Shown in pieces: positions 21,049-30,383 of a stretch of 64,000 bases of DNA. The notes under the pieces were generated by a model, which had not been told where the DNA came from, ran no database searches, and saw only the letters and a program-made list of their open reading frames with translations. The DNA comes from Acidimicrobiaceae bacterium (lineage in GTDB: Bacteria; Actinomycetota; Acidimicrobiia; Acidimicrobiales; RAAP-2). The translations under genes and the position numbers were made by a program. The stretch spans positions 23,888-87,887 of the forward strand of contig PMTF01000020.1 of the NCBI GenBank assembly GCA_003167415.1, given 5' to 3'. Numbering within the stretch: the stretch's first letter is position 1; the number at the start of each line of letters is the position of its first letter.

Positions 21049-22229
21049 GACTGCGCGCGCAGAATGGCTTGGACTTGGGCCACGTCTTTGTCACCTCGAC
21101 CGGAAAGATTGAGGAGCACGGTCGAGCCGGTCGGAAGCGCTCCCCCGGCTTCGCGGATCATCCAGGCAACGGCGTGGGCCGTCTCGAGGGCCGGAATGAT
21201 CCCCTCCTTCTCACTCAAGAGCCGCAGGGCGCCTATGACGTCCTCGTCGCCGATGGCGTAGTACTCCGCTCGCCCGATCTGTGCGAGGTGGGCGTGCTCG
21301 GGACCGATGCCGGGATAGTCGAGACCGGCCGAAATGGAATGGGCCTCTTCGATCTGACCGAATTCGTCCTGCATCAAGAGTGAGCGCATGCCGTGCAGGA
21401 CTCCCGGCGATCCGTTCCCCACGGCCGATCCCCCGGCCGCCTCAATACCGATCAATCGCGAAGAGGTGTTGGCGAATCCCGCGAAGATGCCCGCGGCGTT
21501 CGAGCCCCCCCCGACGCAGGCGATGACGGCGTCCGGCACGTCGACACCAAAGTCCGCCAGTTGTCGCGACGCCTCTTGTCCGATGATGCTCTGGAACTCG
21601 CGCACGATCCACGGGAAGGGATGGGGACCCATGACTGATCCAATGCAGTAGTGCGTGTCCGCCACGCAGGTGACCCATTCGCGCATCGCCTCGTTCACGG
21701 CGTCCTTCAGCGTGCGGCTGCCCGAGGTCACGGGGACCACGCGAGAACCCAACAGCTCCATGCGAAACACGTTGAGGATCTGACGCTCGGTGTCAACCTC
21801 GCCCATGAAGACCGTGCACTCGAGCCCGAGCCGGGCAGCCGCCGTCGCCGTCGCGACGCCGTGCTGTCCCGCGCCGGTTTCGGCGATGACGCGACGCTTG
21901 CCCATCCGCTTCGTGAGCAACGTTTGACCGATGACGTTATTGATCTTGTGCGAACCGGTGTGCGCCAGGTCCTCGCGCTTGGCGAAGATTCGTAGACCGA
22001 GGTGCTCGCCAAGGCGAACGAGCGGAGTAACCGGTGTCGGCCGTCCCGCGAATTCGCGCAGGACCGTGCGGTACTCCTCGATGAAGGCGGCGTCGCTCCA
22101 CGCGTCGGTGAAGGCCGCTTCGAGTTCGAGACACGCCGGCATGAGGGCTTCGGGAACGAAGCGTCCTCCGAACTCACCGAATCGTCCTCGCTCGTCCGGT
22201 TCTTCCATGTAGAGCACGGGGTCACTCAC
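21045..22229 (-). CDS. trpB: tryptophan synthase beta chain
   Basis: '[13 protein letters not shown]' and 'HTGSHKINN' (PLP Lys). GTG at 22229 overlaps the trpF stop (GTGA); the longer ORF to 22442 runs inside trpF. Confidence 0.92.
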   Translation of the reverse strand: MSDPVLYMEEPDERGRFGEFGGRFVPEALMPACLELEAAFTDAWSDAAFIEEYRTVLREFAGRPTPVTPLVRLGEHLGLRIFAKREDLAHTGSHKINNVIGQTLLTKRMGKRRVIAETGAGQHGVATATAAARLGLECTVFMGEVDTERQILNVFRMELLGSRVVPVTSGSRTLKDAVNEAMREWVTCVADTHYCIGSVMGPHPFPWIVREFQSIIGQEASRQLADFGVDVPDAVIACVGGGSNAAGIFAGFANTSSRLIGIEAAGGSAVGNGSPGVLHGMRSLLMQDEFGQIEEAHSISAGLDYPGIGPEHAHLAQIGRAEYYAIGDEDVIGALRLLSEKEGIIPALETAHAVAWMIREAGGALPTGSTVLLNLSGRGDKDVAQVQAILRAQS

Positions 22230-22867
22230 GATGTCGCTCGTTCCAGAAAGGCCCCACGGGCGTTCTCGATGAAATCGTGCAGTCGTCCTCGATCCTTGAT
22301 GCCGGGCGATGATTCGACTCCGCTGGCGCTGTCGACCCCCCAGACCGAAAATGTGTCGATGACTTGGGCGACGTTCGTCTCGTTCAGACCGCCGGCCGCA
22401 ATGATCGGCACGTCGAAGGATCGCTCGGACAACTCCTCCCACGAGTGGCTCAGCCCACTACCGGGCGTCGCGCCGTCGACCAGGACGGCGTCGACGCGGT
22501 CTTCTGCGAAATCGTAGAACTCGTCACTGGCTATTGACAGAGCCTTGATCACGAGACGATGACGATCTCGCAAGTGAGCTAACAGCGCATCGCTCAGCGG
22601 ACCGTGAATCTGAATCAGTTCGGCATCTATGAGGTCGACCGCGTTACGAATGAAGTCGTCGCTGTTGTCGTGAAAGACCAACGTTCGCAGGGTCCTTCCG
22701 TTCGTCGCCTCGGCAATGGCTAACGCTCGATCGAGCGAGAGTTGGCGCGGCGAAGTGGCAAGGATCAACCCGACGGCGCTCGCGCCAGCATCGATCGCGG
22801 CGTTGGCGTCACCCAGCGTTGTCACGCCGCAGATCTTGATGAAAAAAGGCGCGTCAAGCTCAGTCAC
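22226..22867 (-). CDS. trpF: phosphoribosylanthranilate isomerase (stand-alone)
   Basis: 'FIKICGVT', 'SPRQL', 'IQIHG', 'AAGGL..NV' and '[16 protein letters not shown]' motifs. Confidence 0.88.
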   Translation of the reverse strand: MTELDAPFFIKICGVTTLGDANAAIDAGASAVGLILATSPRQLSLDRALAIAEATNGRTLRTLVFHDNSDDFIRNAVDLIDAELIQIHGPLSDALLAHLRDRHRLVIKALSIASDEFYDFAEDRVDAVLVDGATPGSGLSHSWEELSERSFDVPIIAAGGLNETNVAQVIDTFSVWGVDSASGVESSPGIKDRGRLHDFIENARGAFLERATS

Positions 22868-23654
22868 GCGACACCAGTGGTACGGAGGAGAACGCGCGAA
22901 CCGTTTGGGTGACCTCGGACGCGGTCACAAACGCCTCGCCCACTAATATCGCGTCAAAACCGGCTTCGGCGGCTCGCGCCACGTCGTCGGGCGAACTAAG
23001 TCCTGATTCACATACGGTGACAATCGACGTGGGCAAGGACTCAATGACGTGCGCGGCATTGTCACGGTCAACGTCGAAAGTGCGGAGGTTGCGTTGATTG
23101 ACACCAATGATTCGCGCCCCGACGTCCAGGGACCGCCGGGCTTCGTCGAGGTCGTGGACTTCCACTATGGCGTCAAGGCCCGCACCGTGGGCGAGGCTGA
23201 TGAACTCCGTCAGCTCAACGTTGCTGAGTGCGGCGACGATCAAGAGGACCGCGCTCGCTCCGGCTTCAACGGCGTCGAGAACGTCATTCGCGGACACCGT
23301 GAAATCCTTTCGCAGTAGCGGCAGGTTGACGGCGCGAGCGACGGCGTCCAGGTCCTCCAGGGAACCGGCGAAGTGCTCGGCGTCGGTCAACACCGAAATG
23401 GCCGTCGCTCCCCCCTCGGCGTAGTCGCGAGCGATCTGAGTGACGTCCAGTCCTTCGTGGAGCCAGCCCTTGCTCGGAGAGCGACGCTTCACTTCGGCAA
23501 TCACCTTCACGCGTCCATTCCCAGTCCCGGAGAGAGCCGCGAGCATCGACGGCCCGAGCGCGTTGAACTGGCCGACGCGCTCGCGCCATTCACGTCCGTC
23601 GGCCGCGGCGCGCGAACGATGATGATTGAGTATCTCGTCGAGGTACGTCGCCAT
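22860..23654 (-). CDS. trpC: indole-3-glycerol-phosphate synthase
   Basis: 'YLDEIL' start region (ATG 23654), 'VIAEVKRRSPSKG', 'LRKDF' and 'IGVNQRNL' motifs. Confidence 0.9.
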   Translation of the reverse strand: MATYLDEILNHHRSRAAADGREWRERVGQFNALGPSMLAALSGTGNGRVKVIAEVKRRSPSKGWLHEGLDVTQIARDYAEGGATAISVLTDAEHFAGSLEDLDAVARAVNLPLLRKDFTVSANDVLDAVEAGASAVLLIVAALSNVELTEFISLAHGAGLDAIVEVHDLDEARRSLDVGARIIGVNQRNLRTFDVDRDNAAHVIESLPTSIVTVCESGLSSPDDVARAAEAGFDAILVGEAFVTASEVTQTVRAFSSVPLVSRD

Positions 23655-23736
23655 CACAGAATCGTAGTTGTGCCAAGGATGATCTCCCTCGCGTGTAACT
23701 TTGGCGTATGTCAAGCCAGCGCGCGCGCGTTCTCTA

Positions 23737-24756
23737 ATGTCAGGTTCATTTTCGAACGACGTCTTGAATCCGCTCGTGCGCGGCACCCACCTCGAGCGCG
23801 GTCAAGCTCGCGCCGCCCTGGTGGAAATTCTGGAAGGTCACGTGGAAGGAGTCTTGATCGCGAGCTTCCTGACCGCGTTGACCGCTAAGGGCGAAACGGC
23901 CGACGAGATGACCGGCTTCATCGACGCGATGATCGAAGCGGCGTCGACCTTCACGATTGGTCCGGACGTGATCGACATCGTCGGGACCGGGGGTGACCAA
24001 CTCCACACCGTCAATATTTCGACGATGGCGGCGTTGACCGTGGCCGGCTGCGGCGTGCCGGTCGCCAAACACGGCAATCGCGCCGCGTCCTCCTCCGTGG
24101 GCTCGGCCGACCTCCTGGAAGCGCTGGGCGTGCGCCTGGACACTCCCGAAGAGGTCGTTCGCGCGTGCGTCGTCGGCGCCGGCATTGGCTTCATGTTCGC
24201 CCCCATGTTTCATCACGGGCTGGGCTATCTGACGCCGATTCGTCGGGCCCTGGGTTTTCGCACGATTTTCAACGTTCTGGGACCGTTGGCGAACCCCGCG
24301 CTCGTTCGGCGCACGTTGATCGGCGTGGCCCAGGCGCCGTTGCTTAACGCCATGACTCAAGTGTTGATGGCGCGTGGCATTGACCACGCCATCTTGGTGA
24401 ACGCCGACGACGGACTCGACGAACTCTCCCTCGGCGCCTCGTCGACGCTGCACGTCATCTCCGCGCACGGATCGGAGATCCAACGACTGGACGCCGGAGC
24501 CGTCCTTGGTCTGCACCACGACGTGGTGTCGTTACGTGGTGGCGACACGGCACACAATGTCGAGGTCGTGCGGGGATTCTTGGACGCTCGACCGGGAGCG
24601 GTCTTCGACGTCGTGTGCGCCAACGCGGCCCTGGCCCTCATCGTCGCCGGTCGAGCGACCACGTTGAACGAGGGTTTCGAACTGGCCTCATCGAGTGTGC
24701 GTGAGGGTCAGGCCGCGCTCGCGCTCGAACGCCTGATAGAACTCTCGAACGCTTAA
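23737..24756 (+). CDS. trpD: anthranilate phosphoribosyltransferase
   Basis: 'DIVGTGGD' and 'KHGNRAASS' motifs. ATG at 23737 is preferred over TTG at 23701. Divergent from trpC. Confidence 0.9.
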   Translation: MSGSFSNDVLNPLVRGTHLERGQARAALVEILEGHVEGVLIASFLTALTAKGETADEMTGFIDAMIEAASTFTIGPDVIDIVGTGGDQLHTVNISTMAALTVAGCGVPVAKHGNRAASSSVGSADLLEALGVRLDTPEEVVRACVVGAGIGFMFAPMFHHGLGYLTPIRRALGFRTIFNVLGPLANPALVRRTLIGVAQAPLLNAMTQVLMARGIDHAILVNADDGLDELSLGASSTLHVISAHGSEIQRLDAGAVLGLHHDVVSLRGGDTAHNVEVVRGFLDARPGAVFDVVCANAALALIVAGRATTLNEGFELASSSVREGQAALALERLIELSNA

Positions 24757-25268
24757 AGCGGGCGCAGTTCTTTTTTGTACCAGTGGGCATTGGCGACGTA
24801 GGACGCCGCGTTCTCCACGATGCTGTCCTCGCCGCTCGCGTCCGGTTTGATGACCGCCGGTACACCCACCGCCAAGGCGTTCGTCGGTACGACCATTCGG
24901 TTGCGTACGACCGCTCCGGCGCCGACCGTGGCGCCACTACGCACGATCGCTTGGTGCAGGACAATGGAGCCGCTCCCCACTAACGCGCGATCCTCGATAA
25001 CGCAGCCCTCCAGGTGGGCCAGGTGGCCCACGACACAGTCGTCGCCAATGACCGTCGGGTATTCGTCCACGGCGTGGATGATCGCGCCATCTTGAATGGA
25101 GGTGCGCTCGCCCACGATGATCGTGCCGTAGTCGCCGCGCAGCACGGCACTCGGCCAGACCGAAGAGTCCGCACCGATGCGCACGTCACCGATGACCACG
25201 GCGTCGGGGTGGATGAAGGCGTCGGGGTGGATGGACGGGGTCCTATTTCCGAGGGCGTAGAGGGGCAT
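24753..25268 (-). CDS. gamma-carbonic-anhydrase-like hexapeptide-repeat protein (YrdA/PaaY family)
   Basis: 'MPLYALGNRTPSIHPDAFIHPDAVVIGDVRIG...VLRGD' left-handed beta-helix pattern. ATG at 25268 with an AGGAGAA SD. Confidence 0.85.
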   Translation of the reverse strand: MPLYALGNRTPSIHPDAFIHPDAVVIGDVRIGADSSVWPSAVLRGDYGTIIVGERTSIQDGAIIHAVDEYPTVIGDDCVVGHLAHLEGCVIEDRALVGSGSIVLHQAIVRSGATVGAGAVVRNRMVVPTNALAVGVPAVIKPDASGEDSIVENAASYVANAHWYKKELRPL

Positions 25269-25276
25269 GGGTTCTC

Positions 25277-25459
25277 CTAGTGGCTCAGCCACGAAATTAA
25301 CTGATAGATCCGCCAGATGACGTAGATGATGGTCACCACGATGAAAAAACGCCAACGCCACGGAATCGGCTCTCGGACCGGTTCTTCGACGCTCTCTCCG
25401 CAGATCTCGCACGTATCGCCCTCGACCGGACGATCACACTGCTCGCACCACTTGGTCAT
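25277..25459 (-). CDS. 60-aa zinc-ribbon plus single-TM microprotein
   Basis: 'CEQCDRPVEGDTCEICG' (CxxC-x9-CxxC) followed by the TM segment 'FFIVVTIIYVIWRIYQLISWL'. Its ATG overlaps the der stop (ATGA). Confidence 0.5.
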   Translation of the reverse strand: MTKWCEQCDRPVEGDTCEICGESVEEPVREPIPWRWRFFIVVTIIYVIWRIYQLISWLSH

Positions 25460-26751
25460 CAGTCGACCCGAACGCGCACTCGCAGCGGCTGCGATCCGAG
25501 GGAGAACCGCTCTCGCAGGGAACGTTCGACGTAGCGCAGGTACGTCTGGGGCAGGCGCCCGGCGATGAACAACGTGAAGGTCGGTGGCTCGGTCGCGCCT
25601 TGGACGGCGTAGCGTATCTTGCCGGTCGGAGCCGGCTGCTTGATCTGGAGATCACGAATCGCGCGATTCAGCGCCCCGGTGGGCACGCGCTTTTGATAGT
25701 CGGCCGCCGCGATCGCCAGCGCCGGAAGGATCCGGTGGACCCCCTTGCCCGAAGTGGCCGTCGTCTTCATCACCGGCGCGTCACCGAGGAACGCCAACTT
25801 CTCACCCACCGTCGCGAGCACGGACGCTCGATCGTCCACGGCGACGAGTTCCCATTTATTGAGGACGACGAGTGACGGACAGCCGGCCGCGGAGATGCGT
25901 TCGGCCAGATGTTGATCCTGTCCGGTGGCGCCCACCGTGGCGTCGATGACCAGGATGGCGATATCGGAGCGATCGAGGGCGTCCAGGCTCCGCAGGACCG
26001 CGTAGGTTTCGAGGCCGGCTTCGGTCTTGGCGCGGCGGCGCATGCCCGCGGTGTCGATGAATCGAATCAGTCCGACGTCAGTCGACACGAGCGTGTCAAT
26101 CGCGTCGCGCGTCGTGCCGGGCATATCGTGCACGACCGAGCGTTCCTCGCCGATCAGTTGATTGAACAAGGTGGACTTGCCGACGTTGGGTCGACCGACG
26201 ATGGCCACGCGAAGCGCGCCGTCGTCGTCGGCGTCGGCGATCTCTTCGACGATTCGACTCTCTTCGAGTCGCGCCACGATGACGTCGAGCAGATCTCCCG
26301 TGCCGCGCCCGTGCTGCGCGCTCACGGTATGCGGGTCGCCCGCGCCGAGACTGAGGAACTCCCAACTGCTGGCTTCGTGCTGGGTGTCGTCGACCTTGTT
26401 GACGACCAGCAATACCGGGCGGCCACTTCGCAGCGCCCACCGAGCAACGTGCGTGTCCTCATCGACCAATCCGGTCGTGACGTCAACGACCAATAACACC
26501 AAGTCAGCGGTCGCCAGGGCCGCTTCGGCCTGTTGGGAGACCTTGGCCTCGAGCGTGTCGCCGGCTTCGAGCCATCCGCCGGTGTCGACGACGTCGAAGG
26601 TGAGACCACCCCACTCGACCTCGACGGCCTTGCGGTCGCGCGTCACGCCTCGGTGCTCTTCCACGACGGTGACCCGTTTGCCGGCGAGGCGATTGACGAG
26701 GGAGCTCTTGCCGACGTTCGGTCGGCCCACGATCACGACCTGCGGCTTCAC
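25459..26751 (-). CDS. der: ribosome-associated GTPase Der (EngA), two GTPase domains plus KH-like domain
   Basis: Two P-loops ('GRPNVGKSS' and 'GRPNVGKST'), two 'DTGG/DTAG' motifs and two 'NKxD/NKWE' motifs. Confidence 0.93.
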   Translation of the reverse strand: MKPQVVIVGRPNVGKSSLVNRLAGKRVTVVEEHRGVTRDRKAVEVEWGGLTFDVVDTGGWLEAGDTLEAKVSQQAEAALATADLVLLVVDVTTGLVDEDTHVARWALRSGRPVLLVVNKVDDTQHEASSWEFLSLGAGDPHTVSAQHGRGTGDLLDVIVARLEESRIVEEIADADDDGALRVAIVGRPNVGKSTLFNQLIGEERSVVHDMPGTTRDAIDTLVSTDVGLIRFIDTAGMRRRAKTEAGLETYAVLRSLDALDRSDIAILVIDATVGATGQDQHLAERISAAGCPSLVVLNKWELVAVDDRASVLATVGEKLAFLGDAPVMKTTATSGKGVHRILPALAIAAADYQKRVPTGALNRAIRDLQIKQPAPTGKIRYAVQGATEPPTFTLFIAGRLPQTYLRYVERSLRERFSLGSQPLRVRVRVD

Positions 26752-28121
26752 GCGTGAACCGGTCTCGAGCGCACCGACGTCAACGTCGATCGGAGGTCTT
26801 TACCCGTGGTGGGCACGATCGTGACCGAACGACCGAGGTCATCGAGGTCGAGTCCGTCGAGGAATCGTCCTTCGGAGAGACAGACGTCGGGTACCAGTAC
26901 GACGGTCTCGGGCGCGACGTTCGCCAGCGCATCGATGAGATCTTGTCCCGTGAGCAGACCGGCGACCTTGATGTTGCCACCGAAGAATCGATTCTCCACC
27001 GCCAGAATTCTCACGTCGGAGAAGCCCTGCGCGTCGAACATCTCGCGAAGGATGGGCGCGGCATACTCACCGGTTACCACGAGCACGTCGTCGCCTTCAT
27101 GCACTTCACTCTCTCCCCCTCGCGGGGCGCGGTACCCGAGGGCCGGTGCGCCATCGACCGATTGAAAGAAGCCGGTACCCAGTTTGTCCATGGGCGTCTC
27201 ATCGACGAAACTCTGCACGAACGCGGCGACCAGTCCGATTCCGTTCTCGGCCTGGTCCAGGCTCTCGAACTTCGCGGCCGACGGCGGCGTTCGGCCGGCG
27301 ACGAGGTAGAACTCGTCGCTCGCGAACACGCTGACGCGTCCCAGGATCTCCAGCGTGAGCATTTGGAATCGTTCGGCGAGAGCGACGACGTCGCGCGCCT
27401 CGGCGTCAGTGTGGGGACGCATCGTGGCTTCGTCGGAGAAAGCGCTCACGCCGACCGGCACGAGCGCGACCGAGGCCAACTCCGGGTAGAGCGAGATGAC
27501 GTCGTGCAAGGTCCGCTCTAGGTGCTCCGCGTCGTTCACCCCGGGGCAGACGACGACCTGGGCGTGCACTTCGACGCCGGCGCGAAGCAGTTCCTTCAAC
27601 CAGCGAAGACTCGTGGCGCCCCGGGGATTCCGCAACATCTCGGCCCGCAGCTCGGGGTCGGTGGTGTGAATCGACACGTAGAGCGGCGAGAGACCTTCGT
27701 CGATCACGCGTTCGAAGTCGAACTCGGTGAAACGGGTCAACGTCGTGTAGTTGCCGTAGAGGAACGAGAGGCGAAAGTCGTCGTCTTTCACGTAAAGCGA
27801 GCGTCGCATGCCCTTGGGGAGTTGGTAGATGAAACAAAACGAACAGTGATTGTCACAGGTGCGGATGCGGTCAAAGACCGCCGAGTCGATGCTGAGCCCT
27901 AAAGGCTGGCCCTCGGACTTGACGATCGTCACCTGGCGCGCGAGGTCTTCACCCTCGCGGCGTATGACGAGCGTGACCGTCTTTCCGTCAATGAGTTGCT
28001 GGTACTCAATGATGTCGCTGGGCTCTCGACCGTTCACGCTCACGAGTTCATCGCCGACGGCCAGATCGACACTCGAGGCCGGTGAATCCATGGAAATTGA
28101 GGAGATTCGGGCGCCCGACAC
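26748..28121 (-). CDS. PDZ plus radical-SAM-like DUF512 protein
   Basis: N-terminal PDZ-like 'GDELVSVNG', then 'CDNHCSFCF' and the DUF512-type C-terminal half. The stop overlaps the der start. Confidence 0.78.
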   Translation of the reverse strand: MSGARISSISMDSPASSVDLAVGDELVSVNGREPSDIIEYQQLIDGKTVTLVIRREGEDLARQVTIVKSEGQPLGLSIDSAVFDRIRTCDNHCSFCFIYQLPKGMRRSLYVKDDDFRLSFLYGNYTTLTRFTEFDFERVIDEGLSPLYVSIHTTDPELRAEMLRNPRGATSLRWLKELLRAGVEVHAQVVVCPGVNDAEHLERTLHDVISLYPELASVALVPVGVSAFSDEATMRPHTDAEARDVVALAERFQMLTLEILGRVSVFASDEFYLVAGRTPPSAAKFESLDQAENGIGLVAAFVQSFVDETPMDKLGTGFFQSVDGAPALGYRAPRGGESEVHEGDDVLVVTGEYAAPILREMFDAQGFSDVRILAVENRFFGGNIKVAGLLTGQDLIDALANVAPETVVLVPDVCLSEGRFLDGLDLDDLGRSVTIVPTTGKDLRSTLTSVRSRPVHA

Positions 28122-28169
28122 TCGTCCAGCCTACGAGGAATTGCACTTTCGATTACTAGGCTGGAATTC

Positions 28170-29207
28170 GTGAACGTGGACAAGGTGGTGCTCGCGGCGC
28201 CACGGGGATTCTGTGCCGGAGTGGAAAAAGCTATTAAGGCGCTCGATTGGATGACGCGCGTCTTCGCCCCGCCGGTCTTTTGCTATCACGAGATTGTCCA
28301 CAATCAGTTCGTCGTGGACTACTTCAAGTCCTTGGGCGTCGTGTTCATCGACGACGTCACGACGGTGCCGCGCGGTGCGCCGGTCATGTTGAGTGCCCAC
28401 GGGTCACCCCCCGAAGTGATCGAGGCGGCGCGACAGTCGGGCGGCACGGTCATTGACGCCGTGTGCCCGCTGGTCACCAAGGTCCATCACGAGCTGAAGG
28501 TCCGAGCGCGAAAGGGCTATACCGTGCTCTACGTCGGTCATCAGGGCCATGAGGAGGCCGTGGGGACGATGGCCGTCGCGCCGGAGTCGGTCCATTTGAT
28601 CGAGTCGACCGACGACATCGACGCCCTCGGCAACTTGGCCGGTCCGTTCGCCTTGCTCAGCCAGACCACGCTCAGCCTCGATGAGTGGCAGGACCTTCGC
28701 GAGTACGCCGAGCAGAAGTTCCCGGAGATCTGGATGCCTAACCGCAGTGATCTCTGCTTCGCGACCACGAACCGTCAGGCCGCGCTTCGCACGATCGCGG
28801 CCGAGGCCGACGCCGTAGTGGTGATCGGTTCGGCGAATTCGTCGAACACGGTGGCACTCACCAAGGTCGCCGAAGCCGTGGGATGCGCGCGCGTACTACG
28901 GGTCAACGGAGCCTTCGAGTTACCCGACGATCTCCACGGCACCGTGGCGGTCACCGCCGGCGCCTCCGCCCCCGAATCGCTGGTCAATGAAGTACTCGAC
29001 GCTCTCAATCCCACCAACGGCGTGACGGTCACGTCGGTGACCGTCGAAGACGAGTACTTCCCACCACCGCCCGAACTGCGCGAGATGCTCAAGACCCTGT
29101 CGGCCCTGTTGGACCTCACCCTCCAGACCCCCGCGACCTCGAGTTTCGACAGCGAGTCCGATCGCCGCTTTACCGCCGCCGAAGTGCTCTCCGCGTCGAA
29201 TCGTTAG
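28170..29207 (+). CDS. ispH: 4-hydroxy-3-methylbut-2-enyl diphosphate reductase
   Basis: 'APRGFCAGVE', 'HEIVHN', 'SAHG', 'DAVCPLVTKVH' and 'ATTNRQ' motifs. Confidence 0.93.
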   Translation: MNVDKVVLAAPRGFCAGVEKAIKALDWMTRVFAPPVFCYHEIVHNQFVVDYFKSLGVVFIDDVTTVPRGAPVMLSAHGSPPEVIEAARQSGGTVIDAVCPLVTKVHHELKVRARKGYTVLYVGHQGHEEAVGTMAVAPESVHLIESTDDIDALGNLAGPFALLSQTTLSLDEWQDLREYAEQKFPEIWMPNRSDLCFATTNRQAALRTIAAEADAVVVIGSANSSNTVALTKVAEAVGCARVLRVNGAFELPDDLHGTVAVTAGASAPESLVNEVLDALNPTNGVTVTSVTVEDEYFPPPPELREMLKTLSALLDLTLQTPATSSFDSESDRRFTAAEVLSASNR

Positions 29208-29371
29208 AGCCGGAGCGCTAAGCGCGCGCAGATTAGTATCTATCAGTGAGTTTTTTCTCGCGCCACGGTCGTGTCGCGCTATCGGAGTCAACGACCGAGG
29301 AGCGATCGACGGTCGTTTCGAGCCGGCGCTAATGCGCGACGTCGTCGAAGCAGCACTTTGTAAGGAGAACG

Positions 29372-30172
29372 ATGGTCAACGATGATCTAGAGCAAGGTCG
29401 CTCGACGCGTCTCCGCGCTTACGCCATCTCCCAGGCCCTGGCCCGGTTAGAGACCGAACGGCCCGGCTTCAGCCCCGAGGTCATCGTGGCCGCCATCTGC
29501 GCCTACGAAGAAGAGGGCAACATCGCCCACGTCCTGGAGAAGATGCCCGCGAGCGTCAACGGCGAGCCCTACACGACGCTGGTGGTGGTCGACGGCGGGG
29601 ACGACCGCACGGCGGAGATCGCCCGATCCTTTCCGGGGGTCGTCGTCATCGAGTTCCCGGTCAACCTGGGCCACGGCGTCGCCTTGCAGGTTGCCTATCG
29701 CTACTGCGTGAACCACGAGGTGAAGTACGTCGTCACGCTCGACGCCGACGGCCAGAACGACCCTTCCGAGATCCCCCACATCCTCGTTCCCCTGCTCGCC
29801 GACACCTCGGACTTCGTCCTCGGCAGTCGGGTGCTCGGTGTGGACAAGACCACGGACAGGGTTCGCAAACTCGGCGTGCGATTCTTTTCGTTCATCATGA
29901 ACCGGATGACCGGATCACACATCACCGACACCTCGACCGGGTACCGGGCGCTGCGCGTGACGATGCTGGCCGACGTGGTTGATCGCCTACGTCAACAGCA
30001 GTATCAGACCTCGGAGTTGCTCATCACCTGCTTGAAGCGCGGCTGGCGGGTCAGCGAAGTGCCGACCGAGTGGTACCAGCGGGTTTCGGGTGAGACGAAA
30101 AAGGGCACGACGTGGACCTACGGGTTTCGTTACGCCCGCGTGGTCTTCGGCACCTGGTGGCGCGAACGCTAA
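29372..30172 (+). CDS. family-2 glycosyltransferase (polyprenyl-phosphate sugar transferase-like)
   Basis: 'VVVDGGDDRT' and 'LDADGQNDP' (DxD) motifs; 266 aa. Confidence 0.83.
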   Translation: MVNDDLEQGRSTRLRAYAISQALARLETERPGFSPEVIVAAICAYEEEGNIAHVLEKMPASVNGEPYTTLVVVDGGDDRTAEIARSFPGVVVIEFPVNLGHGVALQVAYRYCVNHEVKYVVTLDADGQNDPSEIPHILVPLLADTSDFVLGSRVLGVDKTTDRVRKLGVRFFSFIMNRMTGSHITDTSTGYRALRVTMLADVVDRLRQQQYQTSELLITCLKRGWRVSEVPTEWYQRVSGETKKGTTWTYGFRYARVVFGTWWRER

Positions 30173-30303
30173 GTCGGCGTTGAGTCGGTCTCGGTCTTGG
30201 GGACCGTGAAACTCTTTCGATTGGTGTCGTCGAAAACCCGCGGCGGCGTTTTCACTTTCGCCTTCTTCGGCTTTTTGGCTTCTCTTCCTTGCGGATTCTT
30301 CAT
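30169..30303 (-). CDS. 44-aa Lys-rich basic micro-ORF (below the track cutoff)
   Basis: MKNPQGREAKKPKKAKVKTPPRVFDDTNRKSFTVPKTETDSTPT, 80 nt downstream of plsC on the same strand. The SD is weak and no family was recognised. Confidence 0.2.
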   Translation of the reverse strand: MKNPQGREAKKPKKAKVKTPPRVFDDTNRKSFTVPKTETDSTPT

Positions 30304-30383
30304 AGTCGAATCCTAGGTCGCGCCGATTGCAACGTGCCGCGGTCGCGTAGCGAACAACGATCTCGCAGCGACTCCGGCGAGCG

